DNA of 64,000 nucleotides from Escherichia coli (GTDB lineage Bacteria; Pseudomonadota; Gammaproteobacteria; Enterobacterales; Enterobacteriaceae): NCBI RefSeq assembly GCF_041248615.1, contig NZ_CP158426.1; one strand, 5' to 3'. Shown piece by piece: positions 61,986 to 64,000 of this stretch (position 1 is its first letter; each line of letters starts with the position of its first letter). The notes under the pieces were generated by a model. It saw only the letters and a program-made list of their open reading frames with translations, ran no database searches and was not told where the DNA came from. The position numbers and the translations under genes were made by a program.

Positions 61986-63752
61986 ATGAACACCACACTG
62001 ACACCCGCAGATCTCGATCCCCGTCGGCAGGCCATGCTGCTGTACTTTCAGGGATACCGCGTAGCCCGCATTGCTGAAATGCTGGGCGAGAAAGTTGCAA
62101 CCGTTCACAGCTGGAAAAAACGCGACAAGTGGGGTGACTATGGGCCGCTGGATCAGATGCAGCTCACCACCGCCGCACGCTACTGCCAGCTCATCATGAA
62201 GGAGCACAAAGAAGGGAAAGACTTTAAAGAAATTGACCTGCTGGCGCGCCAGTCGGAGCGCCACGCGCGGATCGGCAAGTTTAACAATGGTGGCAACGAA
62301 GCCGACTTAAACCCTAACGTCGCCAACCGCAACAAAGGCCCGCGCCGTCAGCCGGAAAAGAATGTTTTCACCGATGAACAGATTGAAAAGCTGGAGGAAA
62401 TCTTCCATTCCTCCATGTTCAACTACCAGCGCCACTGGTGGGAAGCCGGAAAAACCAACCGCATCCGCAACCTGCTGAAGTCACGCCAGATCGGCGCGAC
62501 CTTTTACTTTGCCCGTGAAGCCCTGATTGACGCCCTGCTTACCGGACGTAACCAGATTTTCCTTTCCGCCAGTAAGGCACAGGCCCACGTCTTTAAGCAG
62601 TACATCATCGACTTCGCCAAAGAAGTGGATGTGGAGCTGAAAGGCGATCCGATGGTGCTTCCTAACGGGGCCACGCTTTACTTCCTCGGCACCAATGCCC
62701 GCACTGCCCAGAGTTATCACGGCAACCTGTATCTGGATGAATATTTCTGGATACCGAAATTCCAGGAGCTGCGCAAAGTGGCTTCCGGTATGGCTATTCA
62801 CAAGAAATGGCGACAAACCTATTTTTCCACGCCATCCAGCCTGACTCATAGTGCTTATCCGTTCTGGTCCGGTGCGCTGTTCAACCGTGGGCGCAACAAA
62901 GCCGATAAGGTGGACATCGACCTGTCCCACAGCAATCTGGCCCCCGGCCAGCTGTGCGCCGACGGGCAATACCGCCAGATAGTCACCGTGGAAGATGCGG
63001 TGCGCGGCGGCTGTAACCTGTTCGACCTTGACCAGTTGCGCATGGAGTACAGCCCGGACGAATACCAGAACCTGCTGATGTGCGAGTTTGTGGACGATCT
63101 CGCGTCCGTGTTTCCGCTCAGCGAGCTGCAGGCGTGCATGGTGGACAGTTGGGAAGTCTGGACCGACTTTCATGCTCTGGCCCTGCGCCCATTTGGCTGG
63201 CGCGAAGTGTGGATCGGTTATGACCCGGCAAAAGGTACGCAGAACGGCGACAGCGCCGGATGCGTGGTGGTGGCACCGCCAGCCGTGCCAGGCGGTAAGT
63301 TCCGCATTCTTGAGCGTCACCAGTGGCGCGGGATGGACTTCCGCGCCCAGGCTGACGCCATCAAAAAACTGACCGAGCAGTACAACGTGACCTACATTGG
63401 CATCGACTCGACAGGTGTCGGCCACGGGGTTTACGAGAACGTGAAAGCGTTTTTTCCAGCCGTCCGGGAGTTTGTCTACAACCCCAACGTTAAAAACGCC
63501 CTGGTACTCAAGGCCTACGACATTATCAGTCACCGCCGTCTGGAGTTTGACGCCGGACACACCGACATAGCGCAGTCATTTATGGCAATCCGTCGCGCCA
63601 CCACCGCCAGCGGCAACCGCCCGACCTATGAAGCCAGCCGCAGCGAAGAAGCCAGCCATGCCGATCTGGCCTGGGCAACCATGCACGCACTGTTTAACGA
63701 ACCGCTGCAGGGCGAGTCCGCCAATACCAGCAATATTGTGGAGATTTTTTGA
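61986..63752 (+). CDS. Terminase large (ATPase) subunit (P2 gpP-like)
   Basis: 588-aa ORF, divergent from O as in P2. Confidence 0.9.
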   Translation: MNTTLTPADLDPRRQAMLLYFQGYRVARIAEMLGEKVATVHSWKKRDKWGDYGPLDQMQLTTAARYCQLIMKEHKEGKDFKEIDLLARQSERHARIGKFNNGGNEADLNPNVANRNKGPRRQPEKNVFTDEQIEKLEEIFHSSMFNYQRHWWEAGKTNRIRNLLKSRQIGATFYFAREALIDALLTGRNQIFLSASKAQAHVFKQYIIDFAKEVDVELKGDPMVLPNGATLYFLGTNARTAQSYHGNLYLDEYFWIPKFQELRKVASGMAIHKKWRQTYFSTPSSLTHSAYPFWSGALFNRGRNKADKVDIDLSHSNLAPGQLCADGQYRQIVTVEDAVRGGCNLFDLDQLRMEYSPDEYQNLLMCEFVDDLASVFPLSELQACMVDSWEVWTDFHALALRPFGWREVWIGYDPAKGTQNGDSAGCVVVAPPAVPGGKFRILERHQWRGMDFRAQADAIKKLTEQYNVTYIGIDSTGVGHGVYENVKAFFPAVREFVYNPNVKNALVLKAYDIISHRRLEFDAGHTDIAQSFMAIRRATTASGNRPTYEASRSEEASHADLAWATMHALFNEPLQGESANTSNIVEIF

Positions 63753-64000
63753 TGGGAAAGAGTAAGAAAAACCGCGCTGCGGCGACGAATCAGATCCAGC
63801 ATAAAAACCAGACTTCAGCCGAAGCATTCAGCTTCGGTGATCCCGTTCCAGTACTTGACCGCCGCGAACTGCTGGACTATGTGGAATGTGTTCAGACAGA
63901 TCGCTGGTATGAGCCGCCAGTGAGTTTCGACGGGCTGGCGCGCACCTTTCGCGCCGCCGTGCATCACAGCTCACCGATTGCAGTAAAGTGCAACATTCTG
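63752..64000 (+). CDS. Portal protein (P2 gpQ-like), 3' end beyond window
   Basis: Starts MGKSKKNRAAATNQIQHKNQTSAEAFSFGDPVPVLDRRELLDYVE... immediately after P. Confidence 0.85.
   Translation, partial: MGKSKKNRAAATNQIQHKNQTSAEAFSFGDPVPVLDRRELLDYVECVQTDRWYEPPVSFDGLARTFRAAVHHSSPIAVKCNIL

Larger units (their letters stand above)
42112..64000. mobile_element. P2-like prophage, ogr-proximal (attR-side) portion; continues beyond window end
   Basis: Colinear P2 gene order ogr-D-U-T-E/E'-FII-FI ... H-I-J-W-V ... S-R-lysis-X-L-M-N-O with divergent P-Q; left boundary lies between rybB (42111) and the ogr stop (42192). Confidence 0.9.

Noticed and set aside
61980-61997. A fourth TGT-N12-ACA match overlapping the P start codon
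   Set aside because: Lacks the extended TGTA...CACACAA pattern shared by the other three and sits on the start codon; TGT-N12-ACA alone is expected by chance about once per 4 kb.

Overview
Escherichia coli chromosomal segment (the K-12 ~20 min region, read here in reverse orientation) followed by part of a P2-like prophage. Core genes, in order: aat (partial)-infA-serW-clpA-clpS-cspD-macB-macA-ybjX-ybjD-aqpZ-lysO(ybjE)-hcp-hcr-poxB-ltaE-ybjT-ybjS-amiD-ybjQ-[AT-rich islet with a 600-aa pentapeptide-repeat ORF]-ybjP-artPIQM-artJ-rlmC-ybjO-potIHGF-ybjN-rimK-nfsA (frameshifted)-ybjC-grxA-ybjM-ybjL-rybB. From about 42.1 kb to the window end lies the tail/lysis/head/packaging half of a P2-like prophage: ogr-D-U-T-E/E'-FII-FI-pin invertase-invertible tail-fibre segment-H-I-J-W-V-[cargo ORF]-S-R-lysB/lysC-endolysin-holin-X-L-M-N-O, then divergent P-Q. 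The best candidate for an undescribed system is an AT-rich, reverse-oriented 288-aa ORF (55519-56385) wedged between tail genes V and S, next to a late-promoter dyad. Other notable points: a Pin-type invertible tail-fibre switch with 26-bp crossover sites readable in the sequence, an AT-rich islet between ybjQ and ybjP, an apparent 11-bp deletion in nfsA, and tandem ~179-bp repeats after serW. Gene identities and the comparisons to K-12 and P2 come from recalled protein sequences and gene order, not from database searches; coordinates of short sites are read by eye and may be off by a base or two.
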